Below the pieces are notes generated by a model. The model searched no databases. It saw nothing but the letters and a program-made list of their open reading frames with translations, and had not been told where the DNA came from. This document shows positions 62,347-64,000 of a stretch of DNA of 64,000 nt, one piece after another. Within the stretch, counting starts at the first letter, position 1. Each line of letters opens with the position of its first letter. A program made the position numbers and the translations under genes. The stretch is from Malacoraja senta (lineage: Eukaryota). The stretch lies in the NCBI GenBank assembly GCA_038087875.1, contig CM075996.1:250001-314000 (forward strand). The letters run 5' to 3'.

Positions 62347-62841
62347 GTGTAGGAAGGAACTGCAGATGCTGGTTTAAATCGAAGGTAGACACAAAATGCT
62401 GGAGTAACTCAGCGGGTGAGGCAACATCTCTGGAGAGAAGGAATTGCCGATGTTTCGGGTCGAGACCCTTCTTTAGACTCCGTTTCAGGTCGAGACCCTT
62501 CTTCAGACTCCGTTTCGGGTCGAGACCCTTCTTCAGACAGTTTCGGGTCGAGACCCTTCTTCAGACTCCGTTTCGGGTCGAGACCCTTCTTCAGACTCCG
62601 TTTCGGGTCGAGACCCTTCTTCAGACAGTTTCGGGTCGACCCTTCTTCAGACAGTTTCGGGTCGAGACCCTTCTTCAGACTCCGTTTCGGGTCGAGACCC
62701 TTCTTCAGACTCCGTTTCGGGTCGAGACCCATCTTCAAACACTTCAGTCTGAAGAAGGGTCTCGACCCGAAACGTCGCCCATTCCTTCTCTCCAGAGATG
62801 CCACCTCACCCGCTGAGTTACTCCAGCATTTGGTGTCTACC
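62347..62841. mobile_element. Palindromic PLE-end insertion containing the 10-unit array, inside a V-SINE
   Basis: Inverted arms; near-duplicate CAGG(T/G)TTG(C/T)AGGTT at both flanks. Confidence 0.8.
62452..62740 (-). repeat. Tandem array of 10 hammerhead-core units (26-30 bp)
   Basis: Units GTTTCGGGTCGAGACCCTTCTTCAGAC(TCC/A) start at 62452, 62482, 62512, 62540, 62570, 62600, 62628, 62654, 62684 and 62714. Confidence 0.9.
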
Positions 62842-63031
62842 CAGGGTTGTAGGTTAATTGGGTTGGTATAAGTGTAAATTGTCCCCAGTGTGTGTAGGAT
62901 GGCGTTGGTTTGCGGGGATCGCTGGTGGTCGGCACGGACTCGGAGGGGCCGAAGGGCCTGTATCTCTACAACATGAGCTACGAGGCGGTGCTGACGGAAG
63001 GTGAATGAGTGCAGGTTGAGTGGGGACTCAC

Positions 63032-63155
63032 TGTGCTACCCTGGCTGATTTCCGGCCTCTCCAACGCCACTGTGATGCAGTTGAGGAAAATGAAGGCTAA
63101 GACAATGTAATCGAAGAGCTTGTGTGCGATGATCATTTGACACATCAGACGGAAT
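63032..63155 (-). CDS. CACNA1I: T-type Ca2+ channel alpha1 exon, start of domain III (IIIS1)
   Basis: 124-bp exon with CAG acceptor after a pyrimidine tract and a GTGAGT donor. Encodes [48 protein letters not shown] and VLAF match Cav3.3 as I recall it, rather than Cav3.1/3.2 (THKMFDH). Confidence 0.93.
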
Positions 63156-63579
63156 CTGGGTGGGAGAGAGAAAGATGCAGAATCTGAGCTGTCACCGACT
63201 ATTGTCGACACTTATTGCGGCTCAACGTCATGAGAGGCTTTTTGTTTATTTTAGAAATCCAGCGTGGAAACGTGAACTTGGTCCCACCCGAGTCCACGTC
63301 GACCGTGGATCACCTGCTCGCGCTGGGTCCATGTTGTCCCACTCCCTCATCCACCCTGTAGATTAGCGGCAGTTTTACAGAAGCCAATTAAGTCTACAAA
63401 TCCTCGGGCAACTAGGGAAGCCATGCAAACTCCACACAGAGAGCAGCCGAGGTCAGGGTTGTGCTCGGGTCTCCAGCACTGTGAGGCAGCTGTGACACTG
63501 CGCCTCCCTTTGACCACTACTCTCCCTGGAGCGCTCAATGCAAGGCGAGGACAACCCCCAGGCAAGGAGCAGAGTAGGA

Positions 63580-63885
63580 GCGGCACGGTGGCGCGGCGGT
63601 GGAGTTGCTGCCTTACAGCGCCCGAGACGGGAGTTCCAATCCTGACTACGGCTGCGTCTGCACGGAGTTTGTACGTTCTCCCCGTGAACTGCGAGGGTTT
63701 TCTCTGGGTGCTCCGGTTTCCTCCCACCCTCCAAAGACGTGCAGGTTTGTAGGTTGATTGGCTTGGAATAAATGTAAATTGTTCCTAGTGTGCGCGTCGG
63801 ATAGTGTTAATGTGCGTGGTGTGTTCATGATCGGCGCGGGCTCGGTGGGCCAAGGGGCCTGTGTCCGAACTGTATCTCTAAGCTA
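63580..63885 (+). mobile_element. V-SINE (HE1-like)
   Basis: Head, core and tail all present. Confidence 0.75.
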
Positions 63886-64000
63886 ACGCGTGCGTGCGTG
63901 AGAGCGTGCGTGCGTGCGTGAGAGTGTGTGGGCGTGTGTGTGTGAGAGACGGGGCGACATTGCGGGAGCTTTCATTTGCGTGCTATCTGGTCAAAGAAAA

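Noticed and set aside
62452..62740. CRISPR-like array of ~30-bp palindromic repeats
   Set aside because: No unique spacers (linkers are 1-3 nt), no cas genes and a vertebrate context; the unit is the PLE hammerhead core.
62127..62871. ORFs with repeated FGSRPFF, LKKGLDPKR or EEGSRPET peptides, here and across the window
   Set aside because: Translations of the non-coding PLE end and SINEs, not proteins.
63032..63155. Assignment to CACNA1G or CACNA1H
   Set aside because: [28 protein letters not shown] after GNIVL, HHKYNFD and the SLSLTSLF..KKKR tail fit Cav3.3 better as I recall the paralogues; a phylogeny would confirm.

Overview
Repeat-dense vertebrate genomic DNA, most likely from a cartilaginous fish (skate/ray-like, inferred from the HE1/V-SINE and CR1 content). 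The only host gene I can support is a T-type calcium channel alpha1 subunit on the minus strand, best matching CACNA1I (Cav3.3). Six consecutive domain-III exons (63155 down to 9752) have clean GT-AG ends and a continuous frame. A terminal exon (7682-7058) carries an apparent +1 frameshift. All exons for IIIS6, domain IV and the proximal C-terminus are absent, and the only place they could lie is the 200-N gap at 8848-9047. The rest is intron and 3' flank filled with nested mobile elements: V-SINEs, CR1 and Rex1 LINE pieces, Penelope-like element (PLE) remnants with a GIY-YIG domain, Harbinger, hAT and Tc/pogo MITEs, solo LTRs, decayed DeuSINEs and a 31-bp minisatellite. Three things stand out. 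(1) Roughly 50 minimal hammerhead-ribozyme cores sit in PLE ends; many form inverted palindromic insertions with ~14-bp target duplications, and two are amplified into tandem arrays on the pre-mRNA strand. (2) A young, apparently full-length Rex1 LINE is split by a twin-priming-type 5' inversion with a 186-bp duplication. (3) A family of Harbinger MITEs shares TIRs and an internal palindrome across different interiors. Repeat family names come from motif recognition only; no database search was run, and repeat boundaries without TSD/TIR support are approximate.
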